Shown here in pieces: positions 1 to 7,482 of a DNA stretch of 12,881 bases (the first letter of the stretch is position 1; each line of letters opens with the position of its first letter). The DNA comes from Thermodesulfobacteriota bacterium (GTDB taxonomy: Bacteria > Desulfobacterota > Desulfobacteria > Desulfobacterales > SURF-7), in the NCBI GenBank assembly GCA_049320885.1, contig JBMORA010000041.1, positions 1 to 12,881 of the forward strand, written 5' to 3'. The notes beneath the pieces are model-generated. The model worked only from the letters and a program-made list of their open reading frames with translations, was not told the DNA's origin and ran no database searches. Made by a program: the position numbers and the translations under genes.

Positions 1-54
1 GTGGGAGAGATGGGGCTTTGCAAACTGCAAGGCCGGCGGCAGCAGATGGCGGCT

Positions 55-1416
55 TCAGATTCCGTATGTCTTTCTCCTGCGCCACAGGGTCGCCTGGTCG
101 ATTCCCAAAACATCTGCGGCTTCCTGAAGCGAGGAGGTTTTGGCCAGGACCCTTCTGATGTGCATCTCTTCGATGGCGGCCAAGGGCACCATGTCGCCGA
201 TGGCGGAGTGATCGGAGCCGGGGTTGATGTTGCCGGGAAGATCGGCCCGCCCGATCCGCTCACTTTCCCCCAGGATCACGGCCCGCTCGACGGTATTGCG
301 AAGCTCCCGGACATTCCCCGGCCAGGTATGGCTGGTGAGTAATTGCTCAGCCTCTTGGGTGAAGCCGGGGATGGTTTTGCGATTGACCGTGCAGAAATGA
401 ACGAGGAAATCCAAGGCCAGCGGCAAAATGTCCTCCGGTCGCTGCCGAAGGGGTGGAATGGTCAAATTGATCACGTTGAGTCGGTAAAACAAGTCTTCCC
501 GGAAGCGCCCTTCCGCCACGCGTTTTTCGAGGTCGACATTGGTGGCGGCGATGATGCGGACATCCGCCTTGCGGGGCGTGGATTCGCCGAGACGTTCATA
601 TTCCTTGTCCTGGATAATCCGCAGCAGTTTGGCCTGGGCCGAGGGGGCCATATCTCCGATTTCGTCCAGGAAAAGCGTACCACCATCGCAGGAAGCGATG
701 CGCCCGGGATTGTCCCGGACCGCCCCCGTGAACGCCCCCTTGACATGTCCGAACAGCTCATTCTCAAAAAGATCGGAGGGGACCGCCGGACATGCAACAA
801 GCCCCATGGGTTTCGCGGCCCGCGGACTCCACTGGTGGATGGCTCTGGCGAACACCGACTTGCCCGTGCCGCTTTCCCCGCTGATCAGGACAATGGCTTC
901 CGAGAGGGCCGCTTTTCTGGCGGTCTCGATGACCCGCTGCATCCCCGCGTTTTTGCTCAGGAGCCGTTGATCCGGCCCTTTCCGCTGCATATTCGCCTTC
1001 AATGCGGCGATTTCCATTTCCAGTTCCCGCACCCTGCCGATACGGCGTGTCACTAAACGCACTTGATCAGGAGTGAAAGGCTTGACGATATAGTCGGTCA
1101 CTCCGCTGCGCATGGCAGCCACGGCACCCTCGATGGAGGCATACGCCGTAATGATAACGACCTTGGTCCAAGGTGATTCGGTATGGAGGACGGGGATCAA
1201 CTCCATACCGTTTTCCTCCCCGAGCCTTATGTCCACAAAAGCCAGGTCAAATGACACTCGTCTGGCTTCCTCCATGGCGTCGGCAGGATTGCTGACCGCG
1301 ATAACGGTATGTCCCTCACCGGTCAAACAATAGGAAAGCGTTTTTCGGATGTTGGCCTCGTCATCAACAATGAGGATGCTGAGGCGGATATGGTGATTGT
1401 CACGATTAGTCGCCAT
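55..1416 (-). CDS. Sigma-54-dependent response regulator (NtrC family, AlgB-like): receiver + AAA+ + Fis-type HTH
   Basis: 453-aa ORF with receiver (ILIVDDE, phospho-acceptor in DLAFVDIRL, DYIVKPF), Walker A GESGTGKS, GAFTGA loop, Walker B TLFLDEIG, FREDLFYRL, WPGNVREL and C-terminal HTH (AADVLGIDQATLWRRRK). Confidence 0.95.
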   Translation of the reverse strand: MATNRDNHHIRLSILIVDDEANIRKTLSYCLTGEGHTVIAVSNPADAMEEARRVSFDLAFVDIRLGEENGMELIPVLHTESPWTKVVIITAYASIEGAVAAMRSGVTDYIVKPFTPDQVRLVTRRIGRVRELEMEIAALKANMQRKGPDQRLLSKNAGMQRVIETARKAALSEAIVLISGESGTGKSVFARAIHQWSPRAAKPMGLVACPAVPSDLFENELFGHVKGAFTGAVRDNPGRIASCDGGTLFLDEIGDMAPSAQAKLLRIIQDKEYERLGESTPRKADVRIIAATNVDLEKRVAEGRFREDLFYRLNVINLTIPPLRQRPEDILPLALDFLVHFCTVNRKTIPGFTQEAEQLLTSHTWPGNVRELRNTVERAVILGESERIGRADLPGNINPGSDHSAIGDMVPLAAIEEMHIRRVLAKTSSLQEAADVLGIDQATLWRRRKTYGI

Positions 1417-1721
1417 GTTTTTAAAGATTTCAAGCTCGTTATGTTCATACCACGGCTCAGTTTCGACCGGGGATTTTATTCTGCAAGATCATACGCGCAT
1501 CTTCCATGACAGGTGTCATCATGTTCCCCGCTGTCTGAATAATCAATACTTTTTTCAACCCTCCATCCGCCTGCGCCCGACGGTTCAAAAATGAAATAAC
1601 TATTTATTATCATAAACTTGAATAATATATGACATCCAGGAATATGGACCCGATCCAACGAGAAGCCCCTATGCCTGAAAGCCGAAGAGGCTAAAAAAAC
1701 CGCCTGAATGGTTAAATTTCA

Positions 1722-1750
1722 TTGACATATTCCCAACCGTGAACTATCGG
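1722..1750 (+). promoter_or_regulatory. Possible sigma-70 promoter for dedA leader
   Basis: Perfect TTGACA (1722-1727), 17-bp spacer, weak -10 TATCGG (1745-1750). Predicted start near 1756 coincides with the 5' arm of a long stem. Confidence 0.45.
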
Positions 1751-1755
1751 ATTTT

Positions 1756-1885
1756 CTTGGGCTGGGATGTCGCATTGCCGGACCGGCGGTTCCGGAGGCT
1801 TCGGCTTCAAGCGCCCGCACGGTCGACAGACACTATTGATCGAATGGAAAACCAAGGATGCTGCGCAATGCGAATCCCCGACAAG
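1756..1885 (+). ncRNA. Candidate multibranched structured RNA (leader of dedA or independent sRNA), family not recognised
   Basis: Closing stem CTTG/GGGAT/TCGCATTGC (1756-1778) pairs with GCAATGCGA/ATCCC/CAAG (1865-1885) and encloses four hairpins, one with a C(UUCG)G tetraloop. Confidence 0.45.
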
Positions 1886-1956
1886 GCAACAGGTTGTTCC
1901 CTGATCGTTGACGAGGGTGTATGGCAATCCGATTCCAAGACGCTCCCTGAATTGAT

Positions 1957-2595
1957 ATGACTTCCAATAAATTCGACACCAGCATCGCCTTTCTGCTGAC
2001 CATGAACCCCCATTCGGTGTATTTGTTGCTTTTCGGTGTACTGCTGCTGTGCGGATTCGGGGTCCCCATTCCGGAAGACATCGCCCTCATCACCGGTGGA
2101 TTTCTGGCCTATGAAGGCCTGCTGAACGTCCACATCATGGCCGTGATCGGTTTCTGCGGGGTCCTGATCGGGGACATCTCCATGTTCCTGCTGGGTGCCA
2201 GGTACGGGAACCGACTGCTGCGCGCCAAGTTTTTCCGGCGGATCATCACGGAAAGAAAGGTCAGGGAGGCTGGGAAATATCTGCAGAAATACGGCAACAA
2301 GATTTTCTTCATCGCCCGGTTCCTGCCCGGCTTGCGGGCCCCCATCTTTTTCACCGGCGGCTCCCTCAATGTCGAATTCCGTCTCTTCCTGATCTACGAC
2401 GCCCTGGCCGCCCTCATCAGCGTTCCGGTCTGGGTATATTCGGCTTGGCATTGGGGGCAGTATATTCACGAGGTGATCAAAATCGTTAAAAATTCCCAGA
2501 CCATCATCTTCCTGCTCGTCCTGGGCTGGGTTCTCCTGATCCTGCTGCGCTACTACCTGCGGAATCGGGCGGACAAGCAGAAAACCCCGTCCTGA
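1957..2595 (+). CDS. DedA family membrane protein
   Basis: Motifs GFGVPIPEDIALITGG, GVLIGD...F.LG..YG and FIARFLPGLR typical of DedA/VTT proteins; several hydrophobic segments. Confidence 0.93.
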   Translation: MTSNKFDTSIAFLLTMNPHSVYLLLFGVLLLCGFGVPIPEDIALITGGFLAYEGLLNVHIMAVIGFCGVLIGDISMFLLGARYGNRLLRAKFFRRIITERKVREAGKYLQKYGNKIFFIARFLPGLRAPIFFTGGSLNVEFRLFLIYDALAALISVPVWVYSAWHWGQYIHEVIKIVKNSQTIIFLLVLGWVLLILLRYYLRNRADKQKTPS

Positions 2596-2597
2596 CG

Positions 2598-2615
2598 GAA
2601 CGGCGGTTTCCGTTC
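2598..2615. terminator. Hairpin between convergent dedA and SRPBCC genes
   Basis: GAACGG-CGGTTT-CCGTTC inverted repeat just after the dedA stop; no clear U tract on either strand. Confidence 0.3.
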
Positions 2616-2651
2616 AGCTGCCGCCCTGTGGTTGCCCCCCCGGCCTTCATG

Positions 2652-3128
2652 TCATGGGTTTTTACCCGAGTTACCGGCTCCTTTCAGCAGCAGACCGAAT
2701 TGCCCCTTCCGATAATCAAAAATGCGCTCCAGGGTCTTTTGGATGAAGAAAAAATGGGCCAGCCTGCCGAAAACGGAAAACGGGGTCCGGTAATAGACCC
2801 TGTCGATCATGCGGACACCCTGGGCGGTTTCCTTGAGTTCATGGAAATGATACCAGAACCGATAAGGCCCCACCCGCTGTTCATCCACAAAGGAAAAAGG
2901 TTCCCGGACATGCTTGATTTCCGCCACCCAACGTCGGTACCCCAGATACGGGATGCGGATGCGGTATTCGATGATCAAGCCGTTGTAAATGGTTTCCGGT
3001 ATGTCCGAAACGATGATGAAGTCCAGAAACCCGGGCGTAATGGCATTGAGGTTGGCGGGATTCTGGATAAACTCCCATACCGCCCGCAGGGGGGCATCAA
3101 CGATCTGTTCGCGGTGAAGCAAGTACAT
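2652..3128 (-). CDS. SRPBCC (START-like ligand-binding) family protein
   Basis: Characteristic pattern VWEF...P.NL..ITP, W.AEI, FVDEQRVGPYRFWYHFH, MIDRVYY, LERIFDYR. Confidence 0.9.
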   Translation of the reverse strand: MYLLHREQIVDAPLRAVWEFIQNPANLNAITPGFLDFIIVSDIPETIYNGLIIEYRIRIPYLGYRRWVAEIKHVREPFSFVDEQRVGPYRFWYHFHELKETAQGVRMIDRVYYRTPFSVFGRLAHFFFIQKTLERIFDYRKGQFGLLLKGAGNSGKNP

Positions 3129-3229
3129 GATTTGGTCAATATTCCTGAATGATTATTGATCGTATCCTTCATAAATCATTTCCCAGCCATAATCAAACAG
3201 ACATTTTTCGCTTCCCCGTGGATCCGGAC

Positions 3230-3258
3230 TTGACATCCCGGCGATTAATCCCGATAGT
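3230..3258 (+). promoter_or_regulatory. Possible sigma-70 promoter for CoA-transferase
   Basis: TTGACA (3230-3235), 17 bp, GATAGT (3253-3258), upstream of the ATG at 3303. Confidence 0.5.
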
Positions 3259-3302
3259 AGTCCCTTGCATCCGGATAACCGTTATATAAAAGGAAATTCA
3301 AT

Positions 3303-4544
3303 ATGCTGAGAAATCATGAGACCGGCCAGGATCTTCCCATGCCCCTCGCGGGGATAAAAATCGTCGAATACGGCGTGTTTCATGCCGGACCGGGAGGCAC
3401 GGCCATTCTGGGGGACCTGGGGGCGGACATCATCAAGATCGAGTCCGGATTCGGTGATCCGGAGCGGTACTGGACGAAAATCGCCCGCCTGGACATGGCC
3501 CTGCCCAATGGGGAAAGCATCATGCACGAAGTATCCAACCGGAACAAAAGGGGTATCTACCTGGATATCACCACCGGGAAAGGCAAAGAAATTTTTCACC
3601 GCCTGGTCGGTCAAGCGGATGTGTTTATGACCAATCTGCGCAAAAGCACCAAAAAGAAACTCGGCATCGATTACGAAACGCTTGCTGCGATTCACCCCAG
3701 GCTGATCCACGCCAATGTTTCCGGTTACGGTCCGCACGGCCCCATGGAGGATCTGGGCGCCTTCGATCCCCTGGGTCAGGCGGTATCGGGGTTGATGTTC
3801 ACTCCCGGTACCCGGGAACCGACCCTGCTCCATCTGGGGGTTCTGGACCAGTCCACGGCCATTGCCCTCAGCCATGCCATCCTGACGGCCCTGTTCGTCC
3901 GGGAGCGTCGGGGAATCGGCCAGGAAGTGCATGTGTCGCTGTTCGGCACGGCCCTCTGGCTCCAGCATCCGAACCTGATGATTTCAAGCGTCCTGGGCGT
4001 CGACCCCTGCGTCACCTCCACCCGGCTGGAACATTCGCCGCTGCGAAATGCCTTTTGCTGCCAGGACGGGAAATGGATCATCGGCACCCATCATCCGGAG
4101 GAAAAATACTGGAAAACCTTTTGTGAGCTGACCGCCATGACGGATCTCCTGGGAGACGATCGATATACCGACCCTTACGGCCGGCCGGTGCCGGGCCCCG
4201 ACATTCTGGAGAAATGCGACCGGTTGTTTTCCACCCGAACCCGGGATGAATGGATCGCCTTGTTTCTGGCCCATGGCCTGATGTTCTGCCCCGTGAAGCA
4301 TGTGCTGGAGGTCAAGGACGATGCCCAAGCGAACGCCAACGGCTATGTCGCCAGGTTCGATCATCCCACCCTCGGCTCCATCACCATTCCGGGCTATCCC
4401 GTGCATTTCTCCGGATGCCGGGCAGGTACGCGGACCCCGGCGCCGGCCATCGGCGAGCATACGGACGATATCCTGCACGAACTGGGTTACTCCGATACGG
4501 ACATCGCCGCGCTGAAGAACGAAGGGCTGATCCGGCAAAAATGA
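3303..4544 (+). CDS. Family III CoA-transferase (CaiB/BaiF, Frc-like)
   Basis: PLAGIKIVE, AGP...LGDLGADIIKIES..GD..R, NRNKRGIYLD, SGYG..GP, probable catalytic Asp in GVLDQ, C-terminal APAIGEHTDDIL.ELG. Alternative start at 3339. Confidence 0.95.
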   Translation: MLRNHETGQDLPMPLAGIKIVEYGVFHAGPGGTAILGDLGADIIKIESGFGDPERYWTKIARLDMALPNGESIMHEVSNRNKRGIYLDITTGKGKEIFHRLVGQADVFMTNLRKSTKKKLGIDYETLAAIHPRLIHANVSGYGPHGPMEDLGAFDPLGQAVSGLMFTPGTREPTLLHLGVLDQSTAIALSHAILTALFVRERRGIGQEVHVSLFGTALWLQHPNLMISSVLGVDPCVTSTRLEHSPLRNAFCCQDGKWIIGTHHPEEKYWKTFCELTAMTDLLGDDRYTDPYGRPVPGPDILEKCDRLFSTRTRDEWIALFLAHGLMFCPVKHVLEVKDDAQANANGYVARFDHPTLGSITIPGYPVHFSGCRAGTRTPAPAIGEHTDDILHELGYSDTDIAALKNEGLIRQK

Positions 4545-4661
4545 TTTCCAGACCGTCGAATCTAGGCAAAGGAGACGGATCAATCGGTCAGGGAGATGGC
4601 CATGGACATCTGAATCCAATGCGTGCGGTGGACATGCAGTTTCGGGTCATCGATTTGCTCC

Positions 4662-4690
4662 TTGACATTGTATATGAACGTCTGTTAACT
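4662..4690 (+). promoter_or_regulatory. Sigma-70 promoter for tetR-DUF362 unit
   Basis: TTGACA (4662-4667), 17 bp, TTAACT (4685-4690) in an AT-rich stretch. Confidence 0.65.
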
Positions 4691-4697
4691 GAACGTA

Positions 4698-4718
4698 CGT
4701 TTATTAACAGTATAAACG
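4698..4718. promoter_or_regulatory. Probable TetR operator (inverted repeat)
   Basis: CGTTTAT-taacagt-ATAAACG, a perfect 7-7-7 inverted repeat at the predicted start site upstream of a TetR gene. Confidence 0.6.
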
Positions 4719-4751
4719 GTACCCAACCATGAAAAACCGCGGGAGACAGGC

Positions 4752-5414
4752 ATGCCCAAAGCGCCGATGGGTGAAGCGGAAATTCTCGTAAAAAAAGAAC
4801 AAATTATTGACACGGCCGCCGAAGTGATCATGGAGGACGGCTTCCAGAACCTGTCGATGCGAAAAATCGGCGCCAAAATCGGCATGACGGCCGCCAACCT
4901 GTATAATTATTATTCCAACAAGGATGAGCTGAATATCGCCATCAGAACACGGGCCGGGAAAATGCTGTTCGAGGCCCTTGAAAGCGCCTATGGCAAAGGC
5001 GGCTGCATTGCGGAACGAATCGCATTCATGATCGAGACCTATATCGGTTTCGGCATGTTCAGACCGAATTACTACTCGATCATGTTCGACATGCCGACAC
5101 CGAAGTTCGCCGACTATGTCGGTTCCCCGCTGGAAGAACTGGCGAGAAAGGAAAAGGAATCGTCGGAAGAAAGCCTTGCGCTGCTGAAAAAATGCATCCG
5201 GGACTTCCAGGATGAAGGCTACCGCTTTCCCGACGATACGGATCCGTTTTTGATGATGGTGATGATATGGAGTCAGCTTCATGGCCTGATCTCGCTTTAC
5301 AACAATAAAATCCTGGCGGAAATCAATCCGTTGCCGGAGAAAATGTTGGAGGAAGCCAGGGACCTGGTCCATACAATACTTTTCCGTTTTATCCGAAAAT
5401 CTGATTCCGAATAA
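4752..5414 (+). CDS. TetR/AcrR family transcriptional regulator
   Basis: N-terminal HTH KEQIIDTAAEVIMEDGFQNLSMRKIGAKIGMTAANLYNYYSNKDEL; C-terminal WSQLHG (WHG-type ligand domain); SD GGGAG upstream. Confidence 0.95.
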   Translation: MPKAPMGEAEILVKKEQIIDTAAEVIMEDGFQNLSMRKIGAKIGMTAANLYNYYSNKDELNIAIRTRAGKMLFEALESAYGKGGCIAERIAFMIETYIGFGMFRPNYYSIMFDMPTPKFADYVGSPLEELARKEKESSEESLALLKKCIRDFQDEGYRFPDDTDPFLMMVMIWSQLHGLISLYNNKILAEINPLPEKMLEEARDLVHTILFRFIRKSDSE

Positions 5415-5424
5415 AGGTGATCCC

Positions 5425-6747
5425 ATGAAATGCTTTGCCGGAGAACGCAAGGTCATCATCCGAAGATGTGACGCCTATGACAAGAGCCATATCCGAAAGA
5501 TCATCAAACAAGGAATGGACGAACTCGGGCGAAACCCCAAGGGAAAAATTCTGATCAAGCCCAATATCGTCACGGCAAACAAGGAATACATCCACCACAG
5601 TTTCACGGAGCCGACAATGCTGGCGGCCATGGTGGAGACCCTCCGGCAGGATTACCGGCAGGAACGGATCACCATCGGCGAATCGGGCGGCATCGGCATC
5701 CCCACCAGGATGTTTTTCGCGGAATCGGGGATCGGCAAGCTGTGCAAAAACCTTGGCGTCCCCCTTGTGGACTTCAACGAGGAACAGGCGCGGGTGGTCG
5801 TCCTGGAAAAGGCGAAACTTCATAAAACCATGGAGGTCGCCAAATCCCTGTACGAAGCGGAATTCAAGATTTGGATGCCCAAGCTGAAGTTTCATATCGT
5901 CACGGAAATCACCAATACGTTGAAACTCAATATCGGTATCCTGAATCACAAGGAGCGTTTTTTATATCATGATGACCGGCTCCATCAGAAAGTCGTCGAT
6001 ATGCTTGAGATCGGCTATCCGGATGTCATTGTCACGGATGCCGTCACCATCGGCCGGGGATTCGAATCCAGCCCCTACCCGGTCCATCTCGGCGCCATCC
6101 TGATCGCGAATGAACCCCTGGCCTGCGATATGGTGGCGGCAAGGATTCTGGGGTATACGCCGGAGTCGGTCCGCCACCTTGCAGAAGCAAGAGACCGGGG
6201 ATACGGCTCACTCGATTTCAGCGATATTACCGTGTCCGGCGACATCACCATGGAAGAGCTGGCGGACCGGATTAAAGGAGTGGAATCACCGTTTCAGGAC
6301 TTGAGCAAACTCGATTCCCCCTTGACTTTCTATGAAGGGGTGAACAAAGGCTCGGGAAACATCTGTTACGGTGGCTGCATCTGCTCCATCAAAGGCGCCC
6401 TGGGAACCGCGGAAAAAAAATATCCCGGCACCCTGAAAAAGGCCAAAAAAGCCGCCGTGGTCATGGGCTTTTATGAAGGCGATGTCGTTCATCCGGATGG
6501 CGTCGTCGCACTGGTCGGATCATGCGCCGGCGTCGGCGGGCGGCTGGCGGCCAAAAAACTCATCCGGATGAAAGGCTGTCCGGTAAAGGTCAAGGACCTC
6601 ATGCTGTTTCTGCTGTTTCGGCTAGGCATTCAAAGCCCGGCATTCGATCTCAGGAATCTGCTGTTGCTGATCTACTATTCCCTCGTGTCCGGCTGGATGA
6701 AGCTGACCATTCCTGTACGCGGGAAGGCCCGCCTGGTGGAGAAATGA
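5425..6747 (+). CDS. DUF362 domain protein with C-terminal Cys-rich (putative Fe-S) domain
   Basis: KILIKPN, T.P......V, I.IGES, VPLVDFN, PKLK.H....T..LK..IG, A.D.VAARILG; C-terminal CYGGCIC, GSC and KGCP; SD AAGGTGA upstream. Confidence 0.85.
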   Translation: MKCFAGERKVIIRRCDAYDKSHIRKIIKQGMDELGRNPKGKILIKPNIVTANKEYIHHSFTEPTMLAAMVETLRQDYRQERITIGESGGIGIPTRMFFAESGIGKLCKNLGVPLVDFNEEQARVVVLEKAKLHKTMEVAKSLYEAEFKIWMPKLKFHIVTEITNTLKLNIGILNHKERFLYHDDRLHQKVVDMLEIGYPDVIVTDAVTIGRGFESSPYPVHLGAILIANEPLACDMVAARILGYTPESVRHLAEARDRGYGSLDFSDITVSGDITMEELADRIKGVESPFQDLSKLDSPLTFYEGVNKGSGNICYGGCICSIKGALGTAEKKYPGTLKKAKKAAVVMGFYEGDVVHPDGVVALVGSCAGVGGRLAAKKLIRMKGCPVKVKDLMLFLLFRLGIQSPAFDLRNLLLLIYYSLVSGWMKLTIPVRGKARLVEK

Positions 6748-6869
6748 ATCACCAATACAGGGCAGAATACTTTTTCAATACCCCGGAGGGTAAGCTTTTC
6801 GACGAATGCCTGGGATGCCATCGTCACCACACCCGTACAGCCGGTGTCGCGGGAAGCGATGTTTATTGA
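6744..6869 (+). CDS. Possible 41-aa small protein or gene remnant with CxxCH motif
   Basis: ATG overlaps the DUF362 stop (ATGA). Translation MNHQYRAEYFFNTPEGKLFDECLGCHRHHTRTAGVAGSDVY. Confidence 0.3.
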   Translation: MNHQYRAEYFFNTPEGKLFDECLGCHRHHTRTAGVAGSDVY

Positions 6870-6970
6870 CATCGCGCCACCAACACTAGGATTCAAGAGA
6901 ATGTATGCTGAATTTGAATTCAGTTGTTGTAAGGATATCGGTTATTGTAATTTGTTTTATTGGCAGGTAT

Positions 6971-7360
6971 TCAGTTCAGTTCGCTGATCTGGGTATTCAA
7001 TGTCCAGAAATCATACAAGTATCCCAAACCGAAAATACCTCCGCTCAAAAAATAGACGATGGCCGTGAACCATTTACCCATATACATGCGATGCACGCCG
7101 AAAAAACCCAGGAAGGTGAGCAGAATCCAGGCCACCGTATAATCCAGGCGTCCTGGCTTGAAGCGCAGATCCGCCTTGCGATCCATGCCGGGGATCAAAA
7201 ACAGATCGATGAGCCAGCCGATACCGAGGAGACCGAGAGTAAAAAAATAAATGGTTCCGGTAACCGGCTTGCCGTAATAGAATCGATGGGCCCCGGTAAA
7301 TCCGAAGATCCACAAAATATACCCAATTGATTTTAAATGCGTGTCATTGGCCAGGGTCAT
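6971..7360 (-). CDS. TM2 domain (NINE) membrane protein with two TM2 repeats
   Basis: Two repeats: GFTGAHRFYYGK...G.IY..TLG..GIGW.ID and GFFGVHRMYMGK...AIVY..SGG..GLGY.YD; SD AAAGGA upstream. Confidence 0.92.
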   Translation of the reverse strand: MTLANDTHLKSIGYILWIFGFTGAHRFYYGKPVTGTIYFFTLGLLGIGWLIDLFLIPGMDRKADLRFKPGRLDYTVAWILLTFLGFFGVHRMYMGKWFTAIVYFLSGGIFGLGYLYDFWTLNTQISELN

Positions 7361-7482
7361 CGCCGATCCTTTCTGCTTCCCGGCTTTTGTCCGGTTATGG
7401 CGTGAAGTGCTTTCCGAAACAGTGAAGGTAATAACCCCTCATATACAATACAGCCAGCGGAATCAATTTGTTTTTATCGAGG

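Noticed and set aside
343..1056. Long antisense ORFs (also 1807-2469, 3282-3968, 3984-4619, 4704-5459, 7582-8817, 8261-9547, 10602-11270, 11530-12186)
   Set aside because: They shadow well-supported genes on the opposite strand, as expected in GC-rich DNA, and show no family motifs.
1585..1615. Fur-box-like AT-rich stretch (ATGATAAT on the - strand)
   Set aside because: Only one half-site fits, in generally AT-rich DNA; too weak to call.
1660..1710. GCCGAAG and repeated GCCTGAA suggesting a glycine riboswitch
   Set aside because: The GGAGA and CTCAGG elements are not present in the required order and orientation.
1756..1885. Retron msr-msd interpretation of the long flanking inverted repeat
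   Set aside because: No reverse transcriptase gene in the window; the downstream gene is dedA.
1739..1960. Full 73-aa ORF from GTG 1739
   Set aside because: Its start lies inside the predicted promoter spacer and lacks an SD; only the shorter 1868 start was kept as a hypothesis.
6908..6923. CTGAATT-TG-AATTCAG palindrome between convergent genes
   Set aside because: AT-rich stem with a 2-nt loop and no U tract or promoter context; no function can be supported.
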